Assembly: GCA_965198235.1 (NCBI GenBank) | Contig: OZ240248.1 | Coordinates: 1 to 64,000 of the forward strand | Direction of reading: 5' to 3' | Source of the DNA: Candidatus Poribacteria bacterium | Lineage (GTDB): Bacteria > Poribacteria > WGA-4E > WGA-3G | Length of the DNA stretch: 64,000 nucleotides | Shown: positions 31,471 to 41,829 of the stretch, piece by piece | Position numbering within the stretch: the first letter of the stretch is position 1 | Layout: each line of letters starts with the position of its first letter | Made by a program: the position numbers and the translations under genes | The notes under the pieces: generated by a model | Database searches by the model: none | What the model saw: the letters and a program-made list of their open reading frames with translations, nothing else | Told to the model about the DNA's origin: nothing

Positions 31471-31694
31471 CGGTTCCCTCCAATCTCTGGTTTCTCGTAA
31501 CTGGAATTTTATGCGATTTATCGGATTGATGTCAAACATATTATGAAATTTCGCTGTGTTTCCTACGATAGGTTTCCCTGCATTGACACATTTTCTTCTG
31601 GATTTTAGATTGGAAGTCTGCTATAATTTCCCTATATCCTGTAATCACAAAGGGCGCGACCTGTATGCCCATATAAAAAAGGAACCTGTTTGTA

Positions 31695-32645
31695 ATGAAG
31701 CACATAAAAATTCCCGGAGTTAGCAAAGACATCTCGCATCTGATTCTGGGTACCATGATGTTTTCACCTGTAAAATTCGACTATAGCACCGAAATGCTCG
31801 ACGCTTTTTTTGAAGCCGGTGGAAATGCCCTCGACACAGCACACGGTTATGGCGGTGGTGATAGTGAAATGCTCATCGGTCTCTGGATGCGGCAACACGG
31901 TAACCGAGAGGGAGTTTTTCTCATTGACAAGGGTGGACATCCACAAGGCAGAGTACCGCGTCCACGTCTCTCCCCCGAAGAACTCAAAAGCGATCTTGAT
32001 GAGAGTCTCATCCGGCTCCGCACCGATTATATAGACCTTTACATGCTCCATCGCGACGACCCCGTGATTCCGGTTAAAACGATTATTGATTACCTGAACG
32101 AGGAGATCGGTGCAGGACGCATCCGAGCTGCTGCCGCCTCTAATTGGCAACCTCAGCGCATTATTGATGCCAACACCTATGCCGCCGAAAACGGGTTAGT
32201 GGGCTTTGTTTCTTGTAGTAACAACATCAGTCTCGCAGTACCGATGGAACCGATGTGGGGGGGTTGCGTTTGCGTCGACGATGCCGCTCGCGAATGGCAT
32301 AAAGAGAGCCAGTTCCCGTTGATGCCCTGGTCCTCGCAAGCACGAGGTTTCTTCAGCGGCGCGTTTACACCGGAGAACCGCGAAAACGGAGATATGATGC
32401 GCGTCTATTACAATAATGGCAATTTTGAAAGACTCGCACGCGCAAAGAAATTAGGCGAAAAATACGGCTATTCCGCAATTCAGGTCTCCCTCGCATACTG
32501 CTTGAATATTCCATTCCCCGTTTTTCCAATTGTTGGACCTGCAACCTTAACGGAGATGGATTCCTCTGTCGGTGCCATGGGACTTGAACTTTCTGATGCT
32601 GAAATGCGGTGGCTCAACTTAGAAACGGATGGAGACCCGCTATGA
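31695..32645 (+). CDS. Aldo/keto reductase
   Basis: DTAHGYG, YIDLYMLHRDD, PWSSQARG. Confidence 0.93.
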   Translation: MKHIKIPGVSKDISHLILGTMMFSPVKFDYSTEMLDAFFEAGGNALDTAHGYGGGDSEMLIGLWMRQHGNREGVFLIDKGGHPQGRVPRPRLSPEELKSDLDESLIRLRTDYIDLYMLHRDDPVIPVKTIIDYLNEEIGAGRIRAAAASNWQPQRIIDANTYAAENGLVGFVSCSNNISLAVPMEPMWGGCVCVDDAAREWHKESQFPLMPWSSQARGFFSGAFTPENRENGDMMRVYYNNGNFERLARAKKLGEKYGYSAIQVSLAYCLNIPFPVFPIVGPATLTEMDSSVGAMGLELSDAEMRWLNLETDGDPL

Positions 32646-33721
32646 TCGCAAGAATTCTTTTTCTATTGTTCTGCTTTCAATTCATCTTTCTACCCCTCGG
32701 TTTTTCCCAAGAAAGCTGAGGCGCGTGAAGCAATCCCGCAATTCCACGAGGCGGGATTGGTGAAGTCAGTTTGACTTCAGAAGAGATGAAGCGATTTCAG
32801 AGTACTGTCAGTATGATGCGGTGGTTTGATGCACAGGGTGGACACCTCGAAACAAAAGGGATTTCCGCAGGTGGAAAGGTGATAGATATCCCGGTACATC
32901 GACACCATGTTACCCTGAATATTTTTCGCGTTGATATCGGCTTGAAGTATCAATTCGGTTCTCAATGGATGCTTGAAGCGAATGTGCCCTACGAGACCAA
33001 AGTCCAAGAAGCAACTATTGAAGAAATTGAGACAGTCTCACAAGTGGAACGCGAAGCAATTGTACGCAATCGCGACAATCATCATCGAAATGAGACCTAC
33101 ACGGGACTCACTGACCCCGATGTTTTTCTGGGATACCATACGGTAAGCCTTTTTAAGGAAAACGATTTCTTAATGGGGCGCATCGGAACCACGATTCCAT
33201 TTGGCAAAACCGAAGAAGATCCGTGGAAGTTGGGGGATGCTGGATTTGAACATCTCCATATCCAGTTCGGAACCGGGACCTTTAATCCGGTCGCAGACCT
33301 TCATTACAGCCTCCCTCTCTATAAAGGGTTGGGGGTAAATGCCAGTGTCCGCGGGAAGTTTCCGTTCTATGAAAACAGCAAAACCTATCGCGGTTCCAGG
33401 GAACTTACATATACGGCGGGGCTGAGTTATCGTTTCAGTGACTGGCTTTCGTTACAGGCAGGCTACCTCGGCTTTTATCAAGCTTATGCGTATTGGGCAG
33501 GTGAGCAGGACATCAATACCGGACTCCGTTTCAGCATGGCATCCGTGGGCGCGTCAATTGCAACGCCTTATAACGTTCCGTTGTCTCTGATGCTGATGTT
33601 GCCTTTGAGCCAAGAAACGCTTTATGATGATACCAGCTCTTTACTGGGTGGTGCGTATGAAGAGAGCGACGCTTTTGAATTCGGACCATTGGTGTCGTTA
33701 ACAGTTTTATATGCCTTCTAA
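32642..33721 (+). CDS. Putative outer-membrane beta-barrel selenoprotein with N-terminal UxxU motif (359 aa if both UGA are recoded)
   Basis: ATG overlaps the AKR stop (ATGA), GGAG RBS, signal-peptide-like MIARILFLLFCFQFIFLPLGFS, in-frame TGA at 32717 and 32726, frame continuous with the 32771 ORF, C-terminal Phe. Confidence 0.75.
32731..32759 (+). promoter_or_regulatory. Candidate bacterial SECIS hairpin
   Basis: CAATCCCGC/GCGGGATTG perfect 9-bp stem starting 11 nt after the first UGA. Confidence 0.6.
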
Positions 33722-33802
33722 ATTTCGGTTACCCACTGGGAAGCACCGCACACGGTGGGATCAGTTTTCAACTGCTCGGAATCTTGATTAGGTGTTTAAG
33801 TG

Positions 33803-34047
33803 TCGTCGGTTGGGTTGAACGGGTAAGATCGAAACTGTATGAGACGCAAAGCCAGTGCGTTCTGGTCTATGCTATTGTCCGTGAGAACTACCGGGTGAAC
33901 CCAACGTTTTCCCAAATTTCTATTCCTTCTTGGTAGAAGCGGTTTTCAACCGCTCCGGGTGAAATCCAACGTTTTCTTGAATAGTAGGTTGGGAACGAGA
34001 TTTGTATATTGCAAGTCTTAAGTCCCATAGGGACGACATCTTTATAG
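33803..34047. repeat. Mosaic of REP-like repeats
   Basis: GTTGGGTTGAAC...GTGAACCCAAC, GCGGTTTTCAACCGC, GTCCCATAGGGAC. Confidence 0.55.
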
Positions 34048-34061
34048 ACTTTTGAGGAAGA

Positions 34062-36200
34062 ATGATGCAAATCATATTGTCGAAATTTTCAAGCCGATAT
34101 TGCGTAGCCTTAACACTGGCTCTTTTTTTCTTTGGTTGTGGTGTGCCAAATAATCCATATCCGAAATCTGAACATAATCAAGAGATTTACTACAACACGT
34201 TCGTTGCAGAGCCGAAGCACTTCGATCCAGCGATCTCCTACAGTTCGGACGAATACAGGTTCATTCAGCAGATTTATGAGCCGCCATTGCGATATCATTA
34301 CTTGAAAAGACCCTATGAACTCATCCCGTTGACCGTAGAGGCGGTCCCACAACCCCGCTACTTTGATGCCAACGGACAGCAGTTATCGCCCAATGCTCCT
34401 GCGGAATCAGTGGCGCGTGCCGTTTATGAAATTCGCATCCGTGCAGGGATTATGTATCAGCAACATCCCTGTTTTGCGAAGACTGAAGACGGGGAGTGGC
34501 GTTACCGTAACTTAGCGAAATCAGATGTCAAGGGCTTTAATGAGGTCAAAGATTTCTCAATGACGGGCACGCGTGAACTCATCGCTGCGGATTATGTCTA
34601 TCAGATCAAACGGATGGCAGATCCGAGCGTTTCCTGCCCTATTCTCAGCACCCTGAAGGATTATATCCTCGGCATGGAAGCGTATTCAACCGCTATTGCT
34701 AACGGACAGAAGGATGCTCCTTTTCCCGGTGTTGAGGTCGTGGATCGGTACACCTATCGGATTATCCTCAAGACGAAGTATCCGCAGTTTGTCTATTGGT
34801 TAGCGATGCCATTCTTTTCGCCAATGCCTAAAGAGGCTATTGATTTTTACAGTCAACCTGCTGTCGAAGATCGGAACATCACGATTGACAGGTTTCCTGT
34901 AGGAACTGGTGCTTATCGGATAGAAACCCTTCTCGCCCACAAAGAGATAGTTCTCGTGAAAAATGAGAATTTTCGGGTGGTACGTTACCCATCAAGTGGA
35001 GAACCCGGTGATAGGGAAGCCGGACTTTTGGACGACGCATGGGAAATTGTTCCCTTTATTCCAAGAATCGTCTACAAATTGGAGAAGGAACACATTCCGC
35101 GCTGGAATAAGTTCTTGCAAGGCTACTATGATAGTTCCGCTATCTATTCGGATACGTTTGACAGTGCCGTCACGTTTAACGATACAGGCGATCCGAGGAT
35201 AAGTGAATCAATGAAAGCGAAGGGTATCGTGCTACGTACCAGTGTTGAACCGACGACGAGATACCTTGCTTTTAATATGTTGGACGATACCCTTGGTGGG
35301 AACACAGTGGAAAAGCAGAAACTCCGTCAAGCCATTTCGATCGTTTTAGATTATGAGGAGTACGTTGAAATTTTCTACAATGGACGCGGTGTTAGTTCCC
35401 AGAGTCCCATTCCACCCGGTATCTTTGGTTACGAAGCGGGCGAGAGCGGCATGAACCCTTATGTCTATAATTGGGATGCCGTGAAGCAACGTCCGGTTCG
35501 CAAATCCATTGAAGAAGCGGGGCAGCTTCTCGCAGAAGCCGGCTACCCAGATGGACAGGATAGGAACGGAAACCCTCTCGTCGTCACTTTTGACAACGCA
35601 TGGAACTCCGCAGGTGCTACATCGCACATAATGTGGATGCGGAATAAATTAGATCAACTCGGCATCACCATGGAAAACCGAACGACTGATTACAATCGAT
35701 TTCGTGACAAAGTAAAGAACGGGAACTTCCAAATCATCTCATGGGGATGGCACGCAGATTACCCGGATGCAGAAAATTTCCTGTTTCTCCTCTACGGACC
35801 GAATGCCAGAGCCATTCACGGTGGTGAAAATGCGGCTAACTACGATAACGCCGAATACAACAAACTCTTTGAGCAGATGAAAAATATGGAAAACTCACAA
35901 GAACGGTTGGCAATAATTCGCGAAATGAATCATCTGCTTCAACGAGATGCACCGTGGGTCTTCACCTTCCATCCTGTTACTTTCGGTTTGTCGCATCAAT
36001 GGGTGAAGAACAGCAAGCCGAGTGCCTTGGGCGGCGGATCCCTGAAATATCTTCGCATTAATGCTGGCCAGCGGACGGAAAATCGGCAGGCATGGAATCA
36101 ACCCGTCGTCTGGCCCCTGTGGGTATGTATCGCTTTTCTCATTTTAGGCACTATTCCGGCTGTGATCACAATTTGGAAACGGGAACGAGGAACTCCGTAA
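34062..36200 (+). CDS. ABC transporter substrate-binding protein family 5 (lipoprotein with C-terminal TM helix)
   Basis: FFFGC lipobox-like motif, PVGTGAY, WHADYPDAENF, hydrophobic C-terminus. Confidence 0.9.
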   Translation: MMQIILSKFSSRYCVALTLALFFFGCGVPNNPYPKSEHNQEIYYNTFVAEPKHFDPAISYSSDEYRFIQQIYEPPLRYHYLKRPYELIPLTVEAVPQPRYFDANGQQLSPNAPAESVARAVYEIRIRAGIMYQQHPCFAKTEDGEWRYRNLAKSDVKGFNEVKDFSMTGTRELIAADYVYQIKRMADPSVSCPILSTLKDYILGMEAYSTAIANGQKDAPFPGVEVVDRYTYRIILKTKYPQFVYWLAMPFFSPMPKEAIDFYSQPAVEDRNITIDRFPVGTGAYRIETLLAHKEIVLVKNENFRVVRYPSSGEPGDREAGLLDDAWEIVPFIPRIVYKLEKEHIPRWNKFLQGYYDSSAIYSDTFDSAVTFNDTGDPRISESMKAKGIVLRTSVEPTTRYLAFNMLDDTLGGNTVEKQKLRQAISIVLDYEEYVEIFYNGRGVSSQSPIPPGIFGYEAGESGMNPYVYNWDAVKQRPVRKSIEEAGQLLAEAGYPDGQDRNGNPLVVTFDNAWNSAGATSHIMWMRNKLDQLGITMENRTTDYNRFRDKVKNGNFQIISWGWHADYPDAENFLFLLYGPNARAIHGGENAANYDNAEYNKLFEQMKNMENSQERLAIIREMNHLLQRDAPWVFTFHPVTFGLSHQWVKNSKPSALGGGSLKYLRINAGQRTENRQAWNQPVVWPLWVCIAFLILGTIPAVITIWKRERGTP

Positions 36201-36214
36201 TACGTTCCTTTGCT

Positions 36215-36312
36215 GGCGAGGCTGCTTGGGGAAATCCGTAGAAATCCGCAGGGAAATCCGCAGAAATACCCTATCAAAGACCCCAAGCAAAAACCCCTAT
36301 CAAAAACACCTC
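36215..36312. repeat. GGCGAGG palindrome arm with long modular insert
   Basis: GAAATCCG(T/C)AG x3, CCCTATCAAA x2, CCCAAGCAAA. Confidence 0.8.
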
Positions 36313-36342
36313 ATTTATTTTCAACGAGGCAATTTTTTTTTA

Positions 36343-37335
36343 ATGATCACTTATATTGTCCGACGGATCCTTTACGCAATCCCAATCTTGATCGGTGTGA
36401 ACATCACTGTATTTCTACTTTTCTTTGTCGCCAGTTCTCCCGACCAGATGGCACAACGAATTCTCGGTGAGAAAAATATTACGCAAGAAGATATTGACAA
36501 TTGGAAGCAGCAAAACGACTATCACCTGCCCCTCTGGTTCAATACCAAGGCATCTGGAACCGAGTCTTTTACACAGACTATTTTCTTCCAGAAATCGGTT
36601 AAACTCTTTTTCTTCGATTTTGGGACATCAGATGCCAACAACATTGACATCACAGCACAAATTTCTCAACGCATGTGGGCGAGTCTCGCGATAGCTCTCC
36701 CGACCTTTCTGGTTGGCGTTCTGGTAAATATCACCGTTTCAATGATTGTCGCTTACTACCGCGCAACCTACGTCGATTTCTGGGGCACAATCCTTGCGGT
36801 TATTCTCATGTCTGTTTCAACACTTTTCTATATTATTGGTGGGCAGTGGGTGTTTGGAAAAATATTGCGACTCTTTCCAATCTCTGGATATGATTCCGGT
36901 GTAGACATGCTGAAGTTCGTTATTCTGCCAGTGGTTATCGGCATTATTGGTGGAGTCGGCAGCGGTATCCGTTTTTACCGGACGATATTTCTTGAAGAAG
37001 TCAATCAGGACTATGTACGTACAGCACGGGCAAAAGGGTTGAGTGAAGCGGTGGTTCTCTTTAAACACACCCTGAAGAACGCAATGATTCCGATTTTGAC
37101 GAATGTGGTTTTGGTAATCCCCTTGCTCTTTATGGGAAATTTGGTGATGGAAGCGTTTTTCGCAATTCCGGGACTTGGGGGATTTACGATAGAAGCCATC
37201 CACGCACAGGATTTCGCCATTGTGCGGAGCATGGTTTATCTCGGTTCTGTGCTGTATATCGTCGGTTTATTACTAACAGACATCAGTTATACGCTGGTTG
37301 ACCCGCGCATTCGGCTTGGATCTTCTGCCGCGTAA
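36343..37335 (+). CDS. Peptide/nickel ABC transporter permease (DppB/OppB-like)
   Basis: MITYIVRR start, DYVRTARAKGLSE EAA loop, VDPRIR; upstream extension runs through repeat DNA. Confidence 0.93.
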   Translation: MITYIVRRILYAIPILIGVNITVFLLFFVASSPDQMAQRILGEKNITQEDIDNWKQQNDYHLPLWFNTKASGTESFTQTIFFQKSVKLFFFDFGTSDANNIDITAQISQRMWASLAIALPTFLVGVLVNITVSMIVAYYRATYVDFWGTILAVILMSVSTLFYIIGGQWVFGKILRLFPISGYDSGVDMLKFVILPVVIGIIGGVGSGIRFYRTIFLEEVNQDYVRTARAKGLSEAVVLFKHTLKNAMIPILTNVVLVIPLLFMGNLVMEAFFAIPGLGGFTIEAIHAQDFAIVRSMVYLGSVLYIVGLLLTDISYTLVDPRIRLGSSAA

Positions 37336-37387
37336 ATTACCTGCAAATGTGCGTTGTAGATACCTCTATTCCGCACTTGGGGCAAAA

Positions 37388-37825
37388 ATGGTCTCACGCA
37401 ATAGAAACTATCAAATTATGCAAGGGGTAATGAGCCTCATTCTGGGGTGTTTCAGTATCGGTTTGTTGATAACACTCCGGGGTTCAGGGTATCCAGCCGT
37501 AATTCTCTCCATCTTTCTGGTCGTCGGAATCGCCCTAATCTTCTCTGGAGATTACCTCCTGAATCCGTTCAAATTGCCAGTCACTCCTCGAAAACAGGAA
37601 TTGGCGAGTGACATCGGTCTTATCGCTTATGGAACGCTGTATTTCGGCATCGCTATGTCAAAACTCTTACAACCCCGTTGGTTCATCGTCAATTTGCCGA
37701 TCTTTTTACAACCGATTTGGGTACGGCGCGGCTTAGCAACTGTCGGGATTGTCTTGATTGCTGTCGGCATTTATGGGATTTATAAGTTACTCTCGGAGGG
37801 ATTGCCGTTAGAGTCTTCAGAGTAG
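37388..37825 (+). CDS. Hypothetical membrane protein (about 4 TM)
   Basis: Four hydrophobic segments. Confidence 0.65.
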   Translation: MVSRNRNYQIMQGVMSLILGCFSIGLLITLRGSGYPAVILSIFLVVGIALIFSGDYLLNPFKLPVTPRKQELASDIGLIAYGTLYFGIAMSKLLQPRWFIVNLPIFLQPIWVRRGLATVGIVLIAVGIYGIYKLLSEGLPLESSE

Positions 37826-38000
37826 AGTGAACACGAATTGTGTAAAACGCGGTTATAATGAAGATTAATGATTTAATTCGGTAATGCAAAGAAGGTTATG
37901 TGGGAGGGGTTTCTAACCCCGACTTTTCTTGCGGAAGTTCTAACCCCATATACGAAGTATCTCTTCAAACTTCATAAAACCGCGCCGAATTGCGATGGGT

Positions 38001-38306
38001 TCACTTCGCGATAATCACGGCGTAGCGAAGGGGTCCCTCACCCACATTACGTATGCCGTGTAAAACTTGACAATCAACATGGACGGCTTCGTTGTCGCTG
38101 ACACGGTGCGTCTGATCACCAAATAAGACTTCGCCTTCACCGGAAAATACATAGAAAATTTCTTGACCTTCGTGTGTATGTGGTGGATGCGCCCGGCTTC
38201 CCGGTCCGACTTCGGAGATGTGAAGGTGAAGTTGTTCCCGGTCCGACCCGGCTTCAAATATAAAACGATCAATACCTTTGATGTCGTTTCTAACCTCTTT
38301 TTCCAT
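38001..38306 (-). CDS. Cupin domain protein
   Basis: HPPHTHEGQEIFYV...HGIRN. Confidence 0.88.
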   Translation of the reverse strand: MEKEVRNDIKGIDRFIFEAGSDREQLHLHISEVGPGSRAHPPHTHEGQEIFYVFSGEGEVLFGDQTHRVSDNEAVHVDCQVLHGIRNVGEGPLRYAVIIAK

Positions 38307-38556
38307 GAAAATTCTCCCTTTCAACTGAGTTTGTCACACAGAATTGGGTCTAAAAAGATTGGTGTTAACTTAACACACCCGTCAGAAATTGTCAATTGCC
38401 AATCTCAACATGAGTGCGATTTACTGAAAACTGAATGCCTCTGACTGTGCTCTCATTTTGAATTGACTTAGTTTTTTAAGTATGCTACAATGCGTAGATA
38501 CCGTTTGAGTCCGACAGTTGATACGGCACATTCAATTGTCAAAGGAGAACGAAACG

Positions 38557-39552
38557 ATGGATAGACCTGAGAAACAACCACATAAAAAGGCGGCAATGCA
38601 CGTCGGTGTTCAAGGCATCGGAACATCTCTTAAAGAGTTGGCATTCCTCGTGCGCCACGGTGTAACGCACATGGATGCCTCCGTTGGCGATACTGAAACC
38701 GAAACGCTGGTTCGGCACAAAGCGGAAGCGGCAGAAGTGGGTGTCAGTCTTGAGATGATTCATATAGGGCTTCCGAGGAGCATTACGCTTGCCCAAGATG
38801 CGCAGCGCGATACGGATATTGATGCCGTTTGCAAAATGATCGAGAATGCAGCAGCGGCAGGACTGCGAGGTTTGAATTATAATTTTTGCATCCTAAATCA
38901 TCAGCGGACCGAGAGTACACCCGGACGTGGTGGCTCAAGTTACAGCACATTCGACTTCTCCAAGTACAATAACGAAACGCTCTCGGAGGCAGGTGAGGTG
39001 AGTCGCGAAGAAGCGTTTGATCGGATCGCGTATTTCCTCGAGCGTGTGATTCCAGTCGCCGAGGCAAACCGAGTCCAGATGGCGTGCCACCCGAACGATC
39101 CACCCGCGCCTGTGCTGAGGGGCGTTGAACGATGGAATTACCCCATCTTTGACGGCTTGAAACGTTTCGCTGAAATTGTGGATAGCCCGTATCACGGCTT
39201 TAATTTCTGCTGTGGAACAGTTTCGGAAGGTTTAGATGATCCGGGTACCGAATTCTACGAAATTCTTCACTATTTTGGAGAGCAGAAGAAACTTTTCAAC
39301 ATTCACTTTCGTAATATTCGTGGCGGACTGCACAACTTCCAAGAAGTCTGGCCCGACGAAGGACACTTGGACATGCACAAGGTTGCACAGGTCCTTCGAG
39401 ATGTAGAGTATCCGTATATGCTGATGCCCGACCATGCGCCATCACACGTGGATGACACATCGCCACCGGGTGTTTCTGGTAGGGTTCGACAGGCATGGGC
39501 ATTCCAGTTTGGATATATCATCGCCCTGATTCAGGTGGTAAATTCGGAATAG
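38557..39552 (+). CDS. uxuA: Mannonate dehydratase family protein
   Basis: CHPNDPP, FCCGT, IHFRNI, MPDHAP. Confidence 0.8.
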   Translation: MDRPEKQPHKKAAMHVGVQGIGTSLKELAFLVRHGVTHMDASVGDTETETLVRHKAEAAEVGVSLEMIHIGLPRSITLAQDAQRDTDIDAVCKMIENAAAAGLRGLNYNFCILNHQRTESTPGRGGSSYSTFDFSKYNNETLSEAGEVSREEAFDRIAYFLERVIPVAEANRVQMACHPNDPPAPVLRGVERWNYPIFDGLKRFAEIVDSPYHGFNFCCGTVSEGLDDPGTEFYEILHYFGEQKKLFNIHFRNIRGGLHNFQEVWPDEGHLDMHKVAQVLRDVEYPYMLMPDHAPSHVDDTSPPGVSGRVRQAWAFQFGYIIALIQVVNSE

Positions 39553-39636
39553 TTGGTTAATTAGTTTCAGTTAGAGGGACACACTCAGTCAAAACGTCCC
39601 TTAATTAATGGTAAATTCAACCTTGAGGAGGTAAAA

Positions 39637-40425
39637 ATGAAATCCATTATAGTTTGCTTAGCGATCATCACCATCAGTGTGACCTTCACGGTACATACTT
39701 ATGCGGAGATCGACTTTGAAACCGCAAGAGGAATTTGGCTACTCGACGAAGGTAAAGGTGATAAAATTGAGGATATCTCTGGAAACGAGAACCACGGTGA
39801 ACTTCAGGGCGGAAAATGGGTCAAAGGACCAGATCGGCGTCCCGCCGCCCTAAGTTTAAACGGACAAAATGATCGGGTTATCATTGCTGACTCCGACAGT
39901 ATGTATCTGGAAAAGGCGTGGTCAATTACTGCCTGGGCTTATGTGAACAAATCCGAGAACGGTTATGGACATATTCTCGGCAAAAGACCTGCGGGGGGTG
40001 TGGTGGCAAATTATGCCTTCAGGACAAGCTCCAGCGGCACCGGCTGGGAAGCTTACTTTTCGAACGGCGGCTGGAAAGGGGCTTGGAATCAAGGTCAAGT
40101 GAAAAAAGATGAATGGTTGTATATGACCGCAACTTATGACGCAAAGGATACCATCAAGATCTACGAAAATGCTGAGGAAATCGCTTCTGTTGGCGGGATG
40201 GGGAAACCAGCACCTCAGAATGAGACGGATGTCAACATCGGGGGTTGGACCAACAACACTTCAGAGACCCTTGATGGTATACTCTATGAGGTCGCAATTT
40301 TCAGTTCCGTACTGGAAGCAGAGGATATAGAGAAACTGATGGAGAAGGGAATCGAAAAACTACTGCCTGTTGAACCTGCTGATAAACTTGCCACTACGTG
40401 GGCGAGTCTCAAATCTCGGCAATAG
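39637..40425 (+). CDS. Secreted LamG-like protein
   Basis: Signal peptide, WLLDEG, C-terminal VEPADKLATTWASLK. Confidence 0.88.
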   Translation: MKSIIVCLAIITISVTFTVHTYAEIDFETARGIWLLDEGKGDKIEDISGNENHGELQGGKWVKGPDRRPAALSLNGQNDRVIIADSDSMYLEKAWSITAWAYVNKSENGYGHILGKRPAGGVVANYAFRTSSSGTGWEAYFSNGGWKGAWNQGQVKKDEWLYMTATYDAKDTIKIYENAEEIASVGGMGKPAPQNETDVNIGGWTNNTSETLDGILYEVAIFSSVLEAEDIEKLMEKGIEKLLPVEPADKLATTWASLKSRQ

Positions 40426-40551
40426 ACAAGGCAAACCGAGTGCAGCGGGTGCTACCTGAACGACCGGCTGCACTCATCTTTGAAGGGTTGCTGTAAGGAA
40501 GACAGCATGGCTGAGTATAAGGTAGCAACTTAGGTTAATGTGGAGATTACT

Positions 40552-41829
40552 ATGGCGAAGTCACCGAACGTACTTCTTATTCTCGCCGATGACCACGGCT
40601 ATGGTGATATTTCAGTTCACAACGGTCCATCAATTCAGACACCCAATATTGACAGGATTGCCGCAAACGGAGTGCGATTTACCAAATTTTATGCCAATTC
40701 CTCCGTCTGTTCTCCCAGTAGAGCCTCTCTTATGACCGGACGCTACCCCGACCGAGTCGGAGTCCCAGGCGTAATCCGCACTCATCCAGAAAACAGTTGG
40801 GGATACTTTCGACAGGATGCAGTCACACTCCCTTCAGTTTTGAAGCAGAAGGATTATCATACTGCACTCATCGGTAAGTGGCACCTTGGACTTGAACAGG
40901 AGAACCATCCGTGCAAGCGAGGCTTTGACCATTTTCACGGCTTCCTCGGCGACATGATGGATGACTACTACACGCATCTCCGGCACGACCTTAATTACAT
41001 GCGACACGGCTCCGATACGATCGATCCGCAGGGACACGCCACAGATCTCTTCACGGAATGGAGTGTGGATTTCATCCGTGCGCAGGCGCAATCCTCACAG
41101 CCTTTTTTCCTCTATCTTGCCTATAATGCACCCCATACACCGATCCAACCGCCTGACGATTGGGTGGAACGGGTGAGGGAACGCGAGCCGGATATTTCTC
41201 CACAACGCGCCAAATACATTGCCCTTGTTGAGCACATGGATACTGGCATTGGGCGAGTACTTGATACGCTTGCTGAAACAGATCAGTTGTCCAATACGCT
41301 CGTTATTTACACCTCTGACAACGGCGGGTCGATGGACGTTGGGGCGCACAACGGTCCCTTGCGCGGGCAAAAGGGCGAAATGTACGAAGGCGGCATCCGA
41401 GTCCCGGCGTGTGCAATGTGGCCAGGACACGTTCCCGATGGATATGTCACCGATCAGGTTGCATTGCTGATGGATCTTTTCCCGACAGTATGTGAGGTGG
41501 CAGGGGCACCGATCACTCATGAGATCGAGGGACGTTCAATTTGGCAAACACTCCAAGCGGAACAGCAAGACTTCTCTGACCGCATCCTTTACTGGTTGCG
41601 AAGAGAGGGGGGACAGCGGTTTCTTGGGCAGTGTCAGCATGCCGTACGGCGTGGGGACACTAAATTGTTGCACAACAGCCCTTTTGAGCCATTGGAGCTC
41701 TATGATTTGTCAAGCGATCCACTGGAAACGACAAACGGCTCACAGACACAGATGGACCTTTTTAGAGAAATGAGTCAGTTATTTCAGACGGAAACGCAAA
41801 AGGCTGGGTGTGTTCCGTGGCAGCGGTAA
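40552..41829 (+). CDS. Sulfatase (formylglycine-dependent)
   Basis: ADDHG, CSPSRASLMTG, GKWHLG, SDNG. Confidence 0.95.
   Translation: MAKSPNVLLILADDHGYGDISVHNGPSIQTPNIDRIAANGVRFTKFYANSSVCSPSRASLMTGRYPDRVGVPGVIRTHPENSWGYFRQDAVTLPSVLKQKDYHTALIGKWHLGLEQENHPCKRGFDHFHGFLGDMMDDYYTHLRHDLNYMRHGSDTIDPQGHATDLFTEWSVDFIRAQAQSSQPFFLYLAYNAPHTPIQPPDDWVERVREREPDISPQRAKYIALVEHMDTGIGRVLDTLAETDQLSNTLVIYTSDNGGSMDVGAHNGPLRGQKGEMYEGGIRVPACAMWPGHVPDGYVTDQVALLMDLFPTVCEVAGAPITHEIEGRSIWQTLQAEQQDFSDRILYWLRREGGQRFLGQCQHAVRRGDTKLLHNSPFEPLELYDLSSDPLETTNGSQTQMDLFREMSQLFQTETQKAGCVPWQR

Noticed and set aside
32771-32773. TTG start given by the ORF track
   Set aside because: It yields a barrel-like protein with no signal peptide; the upstream coupled ATG with RBS fits better.
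36226-36342. N-terminal extension of the ABC permease
   Set aside because: It translates the modular repeat; the family-typical start is MITYIVRR at 36343.
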